A stretch of 64,000 nucleotides of DNA from Eledone cirrhosa (Eukaryota): contig CAXHJY010001510.1 in the NCBI GenBank assembly GCA_964016885.1, forward strand, positions 18,205-82,204, read 5' to 3'. The notes beneath the pieces were generated by a model, which saw only the letters and a list, made by a program, of their open reading frames with translations, was not told where the DNA came from and did no database searches. The position numbers and the translations under genes are program-made. Shown here piece by piece: positions 13,010-27,227 of the stretch (within the stretch, counting starts at the first letter, position 1; every line of letters starts with the position of its first letter).

Positions 13010-13517
13010 GACACACAGACAGACACAGGCGCACACGCATAGAGACCACAATTACGCACACACAGTCACACACACACATACACACACAGACACACACAGA
13101 CAGACAGACACACACACACACACACACACTCAGACACACACACTCATAACAGGATCCTGTTCAGTTAAGGACCAATTTACGAAGAAGGATTAAGATTTCT
13201 CCACTTTTACCATCAGGGCTCTCTTTCGCCCCCCCCCCCCCCAAGCACTGATGGAAAAGGACCCTATTGTTGTTGCTGTTGTTGTTGTTGTTGTTATATT
13301 TACTGACCTCATACGTCAATCTGTAGGGTGTGGTAGAACAGACACATCGTCAGACGATGACTGCTTTCTTTTTTTACAATTTCCTTTTTCGTTCCAACAT
13401 GGCGGATACGTAAATGCGTTCGAGAGTTTTATATCGAATAGTAACAAAGGGCCATAACTCTGTTATGCAAAGCATGGTGTCTGGCACTAACATGATCAGG
13501 TAATACATTGTTTAAGA

Positions 13518-14040
13518 GTTGTTTCTACTTTTTGGCACAAGACCAGCAATTACCCCCAGTGCATTACTGGTACTTTAATTTTATCGACCCCCGTAAGGAT
13601 GAAAGGCAAAGTTAACCTCGACGGGATTTGAACTCAGACCGTAAACGGCCATAACTCTATGTGGCAAAGCTTGGTGTCTGATCCTAATAATAATTGTTTC
13701 TTTACTTTTTTGGCACAAGGCCAGCAATTACATCAGTGCATTACAGATACCTTATTTTATTGACCCCGTAAGGATAAAAAGCAAAGTTAACCTCGGCGGG
13801 AACTTAGAACGTAAAGGGACATAACTCTATTCTGCAATATCTTTATAGGTGGATTTGCAGTATCGTAGAGCGTTAGAGTTACGGCCCTTTATGTTCTGAA
13901 TTCAAATTCCGTCGAGGTTAACTTTGCCTTTCATCCTTACGGCATCGATAAAATAAAGTACCAGTAATGTACTGGGTCGATAATATCGAATTTCCCCCCT
14001 CTCTCCCAAATTGTTGACTTTGTGCCTAAATCAGAAACCA
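13518..14040. mobile_element. Cluster of three SINE copies (two minus, one plus)
   Basis: Same family as 10477-10650: 13518-13685 (-), 13690-13840 (-), 13848-14040 (+). Confidence 0.85.
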
Positions 14041-14145
14041 TTCATTAGTCCAAGCAATATACAAACAAAGACCTTTATCACTCGACCTTTAAACAGTGTA
14101 TCTAACGACAACGTTATCTAATATGTCCTACATTTAAAAAAACCC

Positions 14146-15775
14146 TTTAACCCCTTTTCATTACCATATTTCTAATGAAAGACACAGTCTATGTTTAACC
14201 CTTCCATTACCATATTTCTAATGAAAGACACTGTCTATGTCTTTAACCCTTTCGTTACCCTATTTCTAATGAAAGACACTACCTATGTCTTTAACCCTTT
14301 CGTTACCATATTTCTAATGAAAGACACTACCTATGTCTTTAACCCTTTCATTACCATATTTCTAATGAAAGACACTACCTATGTCTTTAACCCTTTCATT
14401 ACCATATTTCTAATGAAAGACACTGCCTATGTCTTTAACCCTTTCATTACCATATTTCTAATGAAAGACACTGCCTATGTCTTTAACCCTTTCATTACCA
14501 TATTTCTAATGAAAGACACTGCCTATGTCTTTAACCCTTTCGTTACCATATTTCTAATGAAAGACACTACCTATGTTTAACCCTTTCGTTACCCTATTTC
14601 TAATGAAAGACACTACCTATGTCTTTAACCCTTTCGTTACCCTATTTCTAATGAAAGACACTGCCTATGTCTTTAACCCTTTCCTTACCATATTTCTAAT
14701 GAAAGACACTGCCTATGTCATTAACCCTTTCATTACCATATTTCTAATGAAAGACACTGCCTATGTCTTTAACCCTTTCATTACCATATTTCTAATGAAA
14801 GACACTGCCTATGTCTTTAACCCTTTCCTTACCATATTTCTAATGAAAGACACTGCCTATGTCTTTAACCCTTTCATTACCATATTTCTAATGAAAGACA
14901 CTGCCTATGTCATTAACCCTTTCATTACCATATTTCTAATGAAAGACACTGCCTATGTCTTTAACCCTTTCATTACCATATTTCTAATGAAAGACACTGC
15001 CTATGTCTTTAACCCTTTCATTACCATATTTCTAATGAAAGACACTGCCTATGTCTTTAACCCTTTCATTACCATATTTCTAATGAAAGACACTGCCTAT
15101 GTCTTTAACCCTTTCGTTACCATATTTCTAATGAAAGACACTGCCTATGTCTTTAACCCTTTCGTTACCATATTTCTAATGAAAGACACTACCTATGTTT
15201 AACCCTTTCGTTACCCTATTTCTAATGAAAGACACTACCTATGTCTTTAACCCTTTCGTTACCATATTTCTAATGAAAGACACTGCCTATGTCTTTAACC
15301 CTTTCCTTACCATATTTCTAATGAAAGACACTGCCTATGTCATTAACCCTTTCCTTACCATATTTCTAATGAAAGACACTGCCTATGTCTTTAACCCTTT
15401 CGTTACCCTATTTCTAATGAAAGACACTACCTATGTCTTTAACCCTTTCGTTACCATATTTCTAATGAAAGACACTACCTATGTTTAACCCTTTCGTTAC
15501 CATATTTCTAATGAAAGACACTGCCTATGTCTTTAACCCTTTCCTTACCATATTTCTAATGAAAGACACTGCCTATGTCTTTAACCCTTTCCTTACCATA
15601 TTTCTAATGAAGAACACTACCTATGTCTTTAACCCTTTCCTTACCATATTTCTAATGAAAGACACTGCCTATGTCTTTAACCCTTTCCTTACCATATTTC
15701 TAATGAAGAACACTACCTATGTCTTTAACCCTTTCATTACCATATTTCTAATGAAGGACACTGTCTATATTTAAC
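14146..15775. repeat. 48-bp minisatellite (TTTAACCCTTTC[A/G/C]TTACCATATTTCTAATGAAAGACACT[A/G]CCTATGTC), about 34 copies
   Basis: Directly visible. Occasional 46-bp units shift the frame at about 14573, 15195 and 15481, so the repetitive ORFs are not one protein. Confidence 0.97.
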
Positions 15776-16130
15776 TCTGAGCATCGAAAACACAACCCGA
15801 AAAGAAGAACTGGTCAACATCATCCGAACCTGCAGGACTTTTTTCAGGGTTTCCCTCTCCTAGAAAGTTGTGATAACAACTGGGGGCCTTCACTCCCAGG
15901 TGAAATAAAAGTTCTATTTTGATGGCATGGCCGTTGATTCTGTTGAGTTCCTCCGCCCTTCGCCGAGTCTTGTATTTCATCCCGTAGGGTGTCCAAATAT
16001 CACCCTCCTCACCAAGCAAGCTTGGTGGGGCTGCCGGTTTAGTCGCCGACGACCCGACCATTAGACAGGTTGTACTGGGTTACATGTTACCAGTAGCATT
16101 CGAGAGCGACCTAACATTACATACATACAT

Positions 16131-16720
16131 AAATACATACATACCCTGACTATACCTTCAGATTTATACCTGTGATTATTGGGGCACTGGGGTATGTTAG
16201 TAACTGCCACAGTACAAATCTTGAGAAGCTGGGCTTCACAGAAATACATACATACCCTGACTATACCTTCAGATTTATACCTGTGATTATTGGGGCACTG
16301 GGGTATGTTAGTAACTGCCACAGTACAAATCTTGAGAAGCTGGGCTTCACAGAAATACATACATACCCTGACTATACCTTCAGATTTATACCTGTGATTA
16401 TTGGGGCACTGGGGTATGTTAGTAACTGCCACAGTACAAATCTTGAGAAGCTGGGCTTCACAGAAACAGAAAGAACGTGATTAGTTAGGAAATTACAAGT
16501 ACAATCCATTAATGGAACAATAAAAATATGTAAAACATTCCCAAATTCTGCATCTAATAACTGCATATACACATGTAGAGATACAAAACGTAGGTACATT
16601 CACACATATATAACTCAACACATACACATACACACATACAATAACACCCCATACCTGCACATGCATGCAGACATACATATCTACCTAGTTGATGTGTAAA
16701 TTATAAAACCAGAAACATAC
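16131..16720 (+). mobile_element. 3' end of an RLE-type (R4/Dong/NeSL-like) non-LTR retrotransposon with a 111-bp segment triplicated
   Basis: Translation YPDYTFRFIPVIIGALGYVSNCHSTNLEKLGF...RKLQVQSINGTIKICKTF resembles the C-terminus of restriction-like endonuclease domains. Units start at 16131, 16242 and 16353; flanked by (CATA)n. Confidence 0.7.
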
Positions 16721-16911
16721 ATATAATGTATTACACACACATATACATATAATATATATATATAATATATATATATATATACATACACACACACACACAA
16801 CATATTATATATATATATACACACACATACACACACACTATATATATATATATACAGACACATACATTATATACATACATACGCACATACATACAGATAT
16901 ATGTGCGTGTA

Positions 16912-16943
<32 letters not shown>

Positions 16944-16949
16944 CGTACG

Positions 16950-17110
16950 TTATTCAGGGTTGAATCGGAGGTCACCACAGTAAGTAAAGTACTCAATACA
17001 TTGCAGAGTATAAAAGTTTTAATATAGATGAGATTCTACAGGACTAGAACTGTTTCATTCTTTAGAAATCATCATCATCATATCAACTGTTTCATTCTTT
17101 AGAAATCATC
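16950..17110 (-). mobile_element. Family D hammerhead element, truncated copy
   Basis: Reverse complement of 23001-23137, with a small internal duplication. Confidence 0.75.
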
Positions 17111-17266
17111 ATCATCATCATATATATACGCACATATGTCTGTACGTATGTGTGTGTGTATATATATATATATTATATATATATACACACGCATGTAGAG
17201 ACAGGGTGACAGTCAGACAGTGAGGTGCGCGACCGTGTGTGTGTGTGTGCGTGCGTGCGCGCGTCA

Positions 17267-17298
<32 letters not shown>

Positions 17299-17939
17299 TG
17301 TATTGTACCACACTGTATCGTCCTTGTACCGTCTTTAATGTTTTCTTAATGTGAGCCATGAAGGTTTAATATAGAAAGTATTGTGATGGTGGGGTGGTAG
17401 TAGTAGTAGTAGTGGTGGTGGTGGTGGTGGTGGTGGTGTGTGGTAGTAGTAGTAGTGGTGGCGGTGGCGGTAATAGTGGTGGTGGGGGGTGGTAGTAGGG
17501 GTGGTAGTGGTAGTAGTAGTGGTGTTTGGTAGTAGTGGTAGTGGTAGTAGTAGTAGTGGTGGTGGTGGTGTTGGTAGTAGTGGTAGTAGTAGTGGTGGTG
17601 ATAGTGCTGATGAGTATGTATACCTGCGTGTATGTGTGTGTATGTATGTATGTATGTATATATATAATATATATGTGTGTGTATATATCTGTATACCTGC
17701 GTGTATGTGTGTGTATGTATGTATGTTATATATATATATATGTGTGTATATATCTGTATACCTGCGTGTATGTGTGTGTATGTATGTATGTATATATATA
17801 TATATATATATATGTGTGTATAATATATGTTATACCTGCGTGTTTGTGTGTGTATGTATGTATGTATATATATATATATATATATGTGTGTGTATATATA
17901 TGTTATACCTGCGTGTATGTGTGTGTATGTATGTATAAA

Positions 17940-18805
17940 GGGGCAAGGAGGAGCTCTTAAGAGTCAATGGCCATCCAAAATCACCGGGAGAGATGACCCC
18001 TTAGCCTTTGTCAAGGCAAAATTCTAAGGAAAACTCTGATATAACACCTGCAACTCTGATGGTATCCAATGATGTTGACTTGTTCTTCTTTTTGGTAAAT
18101 ATCATCTTGGGTTAAGAGAGTGGGACTGGCTTTGTGCAGTGCCTTTGCTCACTATAAAAGCTTCACGACACAGGCAATTGCTTTATATTTTGAGATCTCT
18201 CTGCAGTTGTCATCACATGGTACCATGGGCCCAGCACTATGTGTCAATAATTGTCACAAGTGTAGTGTTTGTACCAGAGTTTTCAAGTCGCTGGCTGAAC
18301 TAAAAAGTCACACTCGTTCAGCCCATCGGTAGGGGTTCTCCTACATGGATATAAAGTAGTGGCCGTACTCGAAAACGAGTTGGCAGCCACCATATATATA
18401 TATATGTGTGTATATATATGTATACCTGCGTGTATGTGTGTGTATGTATGTATATATAACACCTGCAACGCTGTTGGTATCCAATGATGTTGACTTGTTC
18501 TTCTTTTTGGTAAATATCATCTTGGTTAAGAGAGTGGGGACTGGCTTTGTGCAGTGCCTTTGCTCACTATAAAAGCTTCACGACACAGGCATTGCTTTAT
18601 ATCTGGAGATCTCTCTACACTTGTCGTCACATGGTACCATGGGCCCAGCACTATGTGTCAATAATTGTCACAGGTGTAGTGTTTGTACCAGAGTTTTCAA
18701 GTCGCTGGCTGGACTAAAAAGTCACACTCGTTCAGCGCATCGGTAGGGGCTCTCCTACATGGATATAAAGTAGTGGCCGTACTCGAAAACGAGTTGGCAG
18801 CCACC
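17940..18805 (+). mobile_element. Tandemly duplicated LINE 3' fragment with a terminal C2H2 zinc finger (RTE-like)
   Basis: 18040-18391 is repeated at about 18455-18805. It encodes [12 protein letters not shown](E/G)[10 protein letters not shown], then a short 3' UTR ending in (TA)n. Confidence 0.6.
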
Positions 18806-18809
18806 ATAT

Positions 18810-18862
<53 letters not shown>

Positions 18863-18954
18863 TATATGTGTGTGTGTATATATCTGTATACCTGCGTGTA
18901 TGCGTGTGTATGTATGTATATGTATCTGTATACCTGCGTGTATGTGTGTGTATG

Positions 18955-18989
<35 letters not shown>

Positions 18990-19012
18990 ACCTGCGTGTA
19001 TGTGTGTGTATG

Positions 19013-19057
<45 letters not shown>

Positions 19058-19241
19058 ATATATATGTATACCTGCGTGTATGTGTGTGTATGCATGTGTG
19101 TGTATATATATATATATGTGTGTGTGTGTATATGTAGTGTATGTGTGTGTATGTATATATATATATGTATATATATGTGTGTATATATCTGTATACCTGC
19201 GTGTATGTGTGTGTATGTATGTATATATATACATATATATC

Positions 19242-19321
<80 letters not shown>

Positions 19322-19699
19322 CACATATATATATATATATATATACATATATACACATATATATATATGTGTATATATATGTATACCTGCGTGTATATGA
19401 TGGTAGCATTGACTCAGCTGTCCTGGTCTCTGATGAGGCATGCGAGAAGAGATAAGATCGTAACGTGTCAAGTTCAAGACCCGGTTTCGATTCCTGGTTG
19501 AGGACCTTTCACCTCACTAACGCAGCCAATGCCCTTGAAATCCTATCTTCACCGCCTCTTCACCAGAAATCGATATTTTTCATTCGTTGCCAATGTAAAG
19601 CTAATGCATTTTTATTATTATTATTGTTGTTGTTGTTGTTGTTTTTTTTTTTATAGTTATCTCTGTGTCTGTGTGTTTGTACGTCTTTATATCTCTCTC

Positions 19700-19714
19700 T
19701 CTCTCTATAGTGTT

Positions 19715-19746
<32 letters not shown>

Positions 19747-19776
19747 GTTTCTCTCTCTCTATCTATCTATAGTGTT

Positions 19777-19826
<50 letters not shown>

Positions 19827-19854
19827 CTCTCTCTCTATCTATCTATAATGTTAA

Positions 19855-19893
<39 letters not shown>

Positions 19894-20006
19894 GTGTTAT
19901 CTGACTCTCTCCCTCTCTCTCTCTCTCCCCCTCTCTCTCTCTATCTATCTATAGTGTTAACTGACTCTCTCTCTCTCTTTCTCTCTCTCTCTCTAGTGTT
20001 ATCTGA

Positions 20007-20037
<31 letters not shown>

Positions 20038-20050
20038 GTGTTATCTGACT

Positions 20051-20091
<41 letters not shown>

Positions 20092-20188
20092 CTCTCTCTA
20101 TCGTGTTATCTGACTGTTTCTCTCGGTTTATTTACTTGTCACTCTCTCTCTCTCTATATATATAGTGTTATCTGACTGTCTCTCTCTC

Positions 20189-20253
<65 letters not shown>

Positions 20254-20336
20254 ATCGTGTTATCTGACTGTCTGTTTCTCTCTCTCGGTTTATTTACTTG
20301 TCTCTCTCTCTCTATCTATAGTGTTATCTGACTGTC

Positions 20337-20345
<9 letters not shown>
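19700..20345. repeat. Compound minisatellite: TAGTGTTATCTGAC anchors separated by variable (CT)n
   Basis: Motif recurs about 11 times. Confidence 0.85.
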
Positions 20346-20373
<28 letters not shown>

Positions 20374-20991
20374 ACTTGTCTGTCTGTCTCTCTCTCTCTC
20401 TCTCAATCTATCTATCTATTTACCCATATATCTATCTATCTACCTGTCTATCTATCTAGTCTATATGTCTCTCAATCTATCTATCTGTCTATCCGATATA
20501 TCTACCTACCGACCCACCTACCCTCCTACCCACCTACTTACCTACTACCCATCTACCTACCTACCTATCTATCTATCTATCTATCCATCCATCTATTTCT
20601 AACGTTATATCTATATATATACACCTGCTAGTCTCGTAGCTAGCTACCGTTCTTCTCAAGCTTTCTACCGGTACACACATTTAAAATGGCAGACAACTAC
20701 ACGTGCTTTTTCTCTCCATTTTCTCTTTCAGTTACCTTCTCTCTCTCTCTCTATATATATATATATCTCTCTCTCTCTCATTTCTTCTCTCTTCTAAACA
20801 TCTTTTCTTCTCTCTGTGTAACTACCTTCCGATGAAGGACTAGTGTCCGAAGCGTTTACATTCTTTTCTGACATCCTAAATATCGTATCCTGGATAAACG
20901 TATATAGGAAGTTAGAAAAGAGTGTAAACGTTTCGGAGACCAGTATATTTCTCCAATGTACTGTGTTGTTTCCTTTATTATTTCTATTTAC

Positions 20992-21375
20992 CGGTGGATT
21001 GGCAGTATCGGTAGAGGGTCGGACGCCATGCTTTCCAGCATAGTTACGTCCCTTTCCGATCTGAGTTCCGCCGAGGTTGACTTTGCCTTTCATCCTTACG
21101 GGGTCGATAAAATAAAGTACCAGTAATGCACTGGGTAATTGCTGGCCTTGTGCCTAAAGTAGAAACAATTATTTCTATTTACCTGGATTGGCAGTATCGG
21201 TAGAGGGTCGGACGCCATGCTTTGACGCATTGAGTTACGGCCATTGCCATTCTGAGTTCACATCCCGCCGAGGTCAACTTTGCCGCTCATCCTTACGGGG
21301 TCGATAAAATAAAGTACCAGTAATGTACTGAGTAATTGCTGGCCTTGTGCCAAAAGTAGAAACAATTATTTCTAT
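20992..21375 (+). mobile_element. Two tandem full-length SINE copies
   Basis: 20992-21175 and 21183-21375, same family as 10477-10650. Confidence 0.88.
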
Positions 21376-22059
21376 TTACCTTTTACACACTCTCACACAC
21401 GCAGTGGGGAGAGAGTTGAAGGTATGTGTTGCGTATGCGCACGTTTGAGCATTGAAGCCAACCAACCAACAAACCAGCTAGACAACGACCCAGCCAACTA
21501 CCCAGCCAGCCAACCAGCCAGCCAGCTAGAGAACAAGTCAACCAACCATCCAACGAACCGGATAACCAACCAACCAACCAGCCAGCCAGACAACCAACCA
21601 ACCAGCCAACCAGCCAGACATCTGGACAGGCAGTCAGCCAGTCAGCCAGTCAGTCAAACAGACATCTGGACAGGCAGTCACCACCACGACCACCACGACC
21701 ATCGTCACCACCACCACCACCGCGACGACGACGACGACGACGTCCGCCGCCGCCACCACTACCAACACCACGACGACCATCACCATCACCATCACCATCA
21801 TCACCCCCATCACCACCGCCAACTTAATCCACTTCCAAGTTCATCTTTTCTAAGCTACCCCCCCCCCATCTCCCCCCCCCCCATCATTATCCTTCTCCTC
21901 CCCCTCCTCCTTCTCCCTCCCCCTCTCTCATTTCGTCTAATATACCTCTACCTCCGCCACCACACTCCGCTGGTGGTTGTTCGCGCACTTTCGCTTCTCT
22001 CTCATTCTCACACGCTTGCTTCTCTCACGCACAATGTTCTTTCTTTCTTTCTTTCTTTC

Positions 22060-22775
22060 TTTCTTTCCTTCTCTTTCTCTCCAACTCTGTGTTTCCACTC
22101 TTTCCTTCTCTTTCTCTCCAGCTCTGTGTTTCCACTCTTTCCTTCTCTTTCTCTCCAACTCTGTGTTTCCACTCTTTCCTTCTCTTTCTCTCCAGCTCTG
22201 TGTTTCCACTCTTTCCTTCTCTTTCTCTCCAGCTCTGTGTTTCCACTCTTTCCTTCTCTCTTATACTTCTCTCACGCACATTTTTCTTTCTTCCTTTCTT
22301 CCTTTCTTTCCTTCATTTTTTTCTTTCCTTCTCTTTCTCTCCTCTGTGTTTCCACTCTTTCCTTCTCTCTCATTCTCACACGCTTTCTTACTTCTCTCAC
22401 GCACATTTTTCTTCTTTCTTTCTTTCTTTCTTCCCCCCCCCTCCCATCTCTCTCTCTCTACCACCACCAACATGTATTAGTCTTTCTGCCCCCTCTTTCC
22501 ACCACCACCACCACCACCATGTATTAGACCCTCTCCCCCCTCTCGCCACCACCACCATGTATTAGACTCTCTCCCCCCTCTCACCACCACCATCACCATG
22601 TATTAGACCCTCTCCCCCTCTCACCACCACCACCATGTATTAGACCCTCTCCCCCCTCTCGCCACCACCACCATGTATTAGACTCTCTCCTCCCTCTCGC
22701 CACCACCACCACCACCACCATGTATTAGTCTCTCTCTCGCCACCACCACCACCACCACCACCACCATGTATTAGT
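22060..22775. repeat. Pyrimidine-rich ~37-bp minisatellite (22060-22260) and CCACCATGTATTAG-anchored minisatellite (22460-22775)
   Basis: Directly visible tandem units. Confidence 0.85.
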
Positions 22776-22898
22776 TCCTCTCCAGCTCCTGCACAACACA
22801 TTCTTCCATCTGGAACTCCCATAGAACCCATTCGTTCCTCCCACATTTGCCGTACCTATTCTAAACTATTACCCTGTCTCCTCTCCACTGTTTCTCTC

Positions 22899-22999
<101 letters not shown>

Positions 23000-23000
23000 T

Positions 23001-23134
23001 AGGGCTTCCTGATGATTTCTCCCGAATGAAACAGTTCTAGTCCTGTAGAAACCATTTCTATATTAAATATTTATACTCTGCTATGTATTGAGTACCTTAC
23101 TTACTGTGGTTAACCCCCGATTGAACTCGGGATA

Positions 23135-23137
<3 letters not shown>
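23001..23137 (+). mobile_element. Family D hammerhead element between (TA)n tracts
   Basis: HHR 23005-23051: TTC-CTGATGA-TTTC TCCC GAAT-GAAA-CAG TTCTAGTC CTG-TA-GAA. Further copies at 16950, 31697, 33885, 39458, 45133 and 54169. Confidence 0.8.
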
Positions 23138-23179
<42 letters not shown>

Positions 23180-23182
<3 letters not shown>

Positions 23183-23420
23183 GTTGTTCCCCAGTATTCG
23201 CGGAAGTTACGTTCATAGAACACCTGCGAAGAGTGAAAAACAAACAAAACAACCGCGAATATTGGACGTGGTCTATAAAAATGCCTATAAATGTCAAAAC
23301 GACGTAAAATATAGGCCGGCAAATACGGTATATTGTTATTAATTTCGCGTTAAAAAGCGTGAAAAAAAAATATATATATATTGCCACGAAAAAAAGCTAT
23401 AAAAAATCGCAGAAGATATT
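23180..23420 (+). mobile_element. Partial Tigger/pogo-like MITE
   Basis: Homologous to the left part of 40503-40882. Confidence 0.65.
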
Positions 23421-24121
23421 TATATATGTATTTGTGTACGTGAAGACACGTGGTTTAAAGTTTAGAGTGTTCGGCTCACAAACCGTAAGACCGTGAGTTT
23501 GATTCTCGGCAGCACGTTGTGTCCTTGAGCAAGATACTTTGTTTAATGTTGCTCCAGTTTACTGAGCTGAGCTGGGGATGGAGGTGGAGGAATAAGTTGT
23601 ACCTATAATACAAATGGCCTGCATTGCCAAACAAACACTGTGTCACTGCATTTTTCACAGAGAACTGCGCTAAGCGTGCAACGTATCTATCTGCACATTA
23701 ACTTTAGAAGTAAGCAGCTCCGTTGTTTGAACAACTGGAACACTCATCATTAAAACTGACGGAGACCCCCCCCACACACACACTTTAACTCTCATTACTC
23801 TTCTATCTTTATCTCTCTCTCCCTCTCTCTGTTTAACTTACTATTCCTTCCCACCTCCTACTCCTATATATCCCCTCACGTATAACAGACACTTTAACTT
23901 TACCATTTCAGCCTCTTACTCTGCCTGCAGCTCAATTTTAACCACCACCTTTATATTCCTTTCCTCTTACTTCGCCTCCGTACAGCCAGCGATTCTTGCA
24001 CACACACACACACACACATACATAAACACACGCACACACACATAAATATACGCACAAACACATGCACACACGCACAAAATCTATCTCTCTCTCTCTCCCG
24101 ACCTTTATCTATCTATTAATT

Positions 24122-24156
<35 letters not shown>

Positions 24157-24959
24157 GTATACATATATATATACGGTCCTGTAGATAATTTCTGTATAAA
24201 ATACGATATATATATATATACTAAATGTATGTATGACCTATTCATCTATCTGTCTGTCTAACTAGCGTCTCGCTAACACCCCCTCTCTCTTTTTCTCTTA
24301 CTCCCCCTCTAATTCTCCCTCAACCTAACACTCACACTACACTCCCCTTCATTAAGCTTCACTTTACAAGTTTTACTCCTACAGAAACATTTGCTACCTC
24401 TACGTTCAACATACCTCATACACCCCCTCTCTCATTTTCTTTATATATTTCTTTACATCTTATACACTCTCTCTCACTCTCTGTTCCCCTCTCTCTAAAT
24501 CTCCCTCTCTCTCTGTTCCTCTCTATTCTCTTCTAGCACCCCCCTCTCTTAACTATTTCAATCACTTTTACTTATTCGCTTCTTCTTCTAGTCGCTTCTT
24601 CCTCTCTTTCTCTCGTTATCTTGTTAGGCTTGAGCACGCACACATACACACACATATATATATACATACACATTATACACACACGCATACATATACCCAG
24701 ACACACACGCATGCATATATATATACAGACACATACATACCCACAGATACACACTCATACACATACATATACCCCACACACACATACATATATAGACACA
24801 CACTCATAGACATACACATACACACAGAAGCACACACGCATGCATACACCTGTTCATACACACACATACTCATACACATACATATGTATACAAACACATA
24901 CACACGCATGCATACATATGTATGTATATATATATATATATACACATACACAGGCATGC

Positions 24960-24991
<32 letters not shown>

Positions 24992-25140
24992 ACATGCATA
25001 CATACACCTGTTCATACACACACACACTCATACACATACATATGTATACAAACACATACACACGCATGCATACACATGTATGTATATATATATATATACA
25101 CATACACACACATACATACACCTGTTCAGACACACGCATG

Positions 25141-25194
<54 letters not shown>

Positions 25195-27227
25195 CACATG
25201 CATACATACACCTGTTCATACACACACATACTCATACACATACATATGTATACAAACACATACACACGCATGCATACATATGTATGTGTATATATATATA
25301 TATATACACCTGTTCATACACACATATTTACCTATAGACTAAAGTGTGCGTATGTCTACATGTGTATGTGTTTGTGTGTGTCTGTCTATGTATATGTGTC
25401 GTTGTCGTTGCATGTGTGTGTATCTGTGTATGTCTGAGTGTGTGTGTATATCTGTGTATGTGTGTGTGTCTGTGTATGTGTGTGTGTGTGTGTCTGAGTG
25501 TGTGTATGACTATCCGTGTCTGTGTATGTCTGCGTGTGTGTGTGTATGTCTGAGTGTGTCTGTATGTGTATGTCTGAGCGTGTGTGTGTGTGTGTCTGCC
25601 TGTGTATGTGTGTGTCTGTGTGTGTATGTCTGAGTGTGTGTGTGCATATGTGTCGCGGTGAATGTGTGTATGTATGTTTGAGTGTGTGTGTGTATCTGTG
25701 TTTATTATCGTGTGTATATGTGTTGCGGTGAATGTGTCTGTATGTGTGTCTATGTATGTCTGTATGTGTATCTGTATCTGTATGTGTGTGTATGTATGTC
25801 TGTATCTGTGTGTGTGTATGTCTGTATCTGTGTGTGTGTCTGTATGTATCTCTGTATCTGTGTGTGTCTGTATCTGTGTGTAGGTCTGTATCAGTGTATG
25901 TATGTATCTGTGTGTGTGTGTGTGTGTGTCTGTGTGTGTCTGTATCTATGTATGTGTATGTGTGTTCGTGTCTTTTTGTGACACTGACTATCTACTTCAG
26001 AATACCTTCCTCTCGCTTCTCCCCTTTATCGCGGCTTACTCACACCTTTCCTCACGCACCTACACCTTCCCCTCCTTACCACTCAGCCTTTCTCTCTCAC
26101 TAACACCCTCTCTTACATTTATACCTCCTACTCTCTCACTACAAACACACACATACATATATATATATATAATGAAAAAAAAGTGTCTCACACACACACA
26201 TATATATATATATATACACATACATACACAAACTCCGGTTCTCACTACCTTCTTTCTCGTTATCTTCCTCCTCCTGCCTCATCCCTCTTCTCTCTGGTTG
26301 CCCCTCCCTTTATAATTTAACCTCCCCTTCTTCCTCCCACTACCACTCCTTCAATCATGATTATTTTCTATACCTCTCTCTTACTCTTTCACTATTTACG
26401 TTCTTTATATTCTGTCTTCCTCTCTTTCTCTCTCTCTCTCTTTCCCCCCTCTTTTCTTCCTACTTCTTTCACTCTTACTTACACTCACACACAAATTGTT
26501 AATTTGCCCTTCCCCCTCTCTCTTTTTCCTTTCCTCCTTCTTCCTCCCCCTCCTCCTCCTTTGCCTACTAATTACCGTCAGCCTAGCCACCACTACCAAA
26601 CCACCACCATTACCACTACCACTACCACTACTACTACCACTACCACTACCACTACCACCACTACTACTACTACCACTACCACTACTACCACTACTACTAC
26701 CACCATTAGCACTATTGTGACCACCACCGCCACCACTTTCTTTAATCCAGCCACCTCCACCTCCCCCATTACTTCTTCAGACACACCTCTTTCCTCCCTC
26801 CCTCTTCTTTCATCACCCTCTTCAACATCATCATTATAAAATCATCATCATCATCATCATCTTCCTCATCTTCATCTCATCATCGTTATTATCTATCCTC
26901 CTTCTCTCTCTCTCTCTCTCCCTCTCTCTCTCTCTCTCTCCCGTCCCCGTAACATTACCGCTACCGCCCCCCTCTCTCCGTCGCACACATACTCACCGCT
27001 GTCACCCCACCCCCACCCTCTCTTTATCTATCTATCTATCTATCAATCACGTTAATCACTGTACCATTACCACAACTACAACCGCAACTGCCACCAGCAC
27101 CACCGACACCACTGTACAACCACCAGCACCACCGACACCACTGTACAACCACCAGCAACACCACCATCACCATTATCACTGTACCACCTCCACCAAACAC
27201 CAATACCATCACCACTGTACAACCACC

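Noticed and set aside
14191-15774. Repetitive FNPFITIFLMKDTAYV ORFs, or a CRISPR-like array
   Set aside because: The frame is broken by 46-bp units and there are no unique spacers or cas genes; it is a plain minisatellite.
19400-19506. tRNA-like sequence with a B-box
   Set aside because: A cloverleaf cannot be built; probably a decayed SINE head or pseudo-tRNA.
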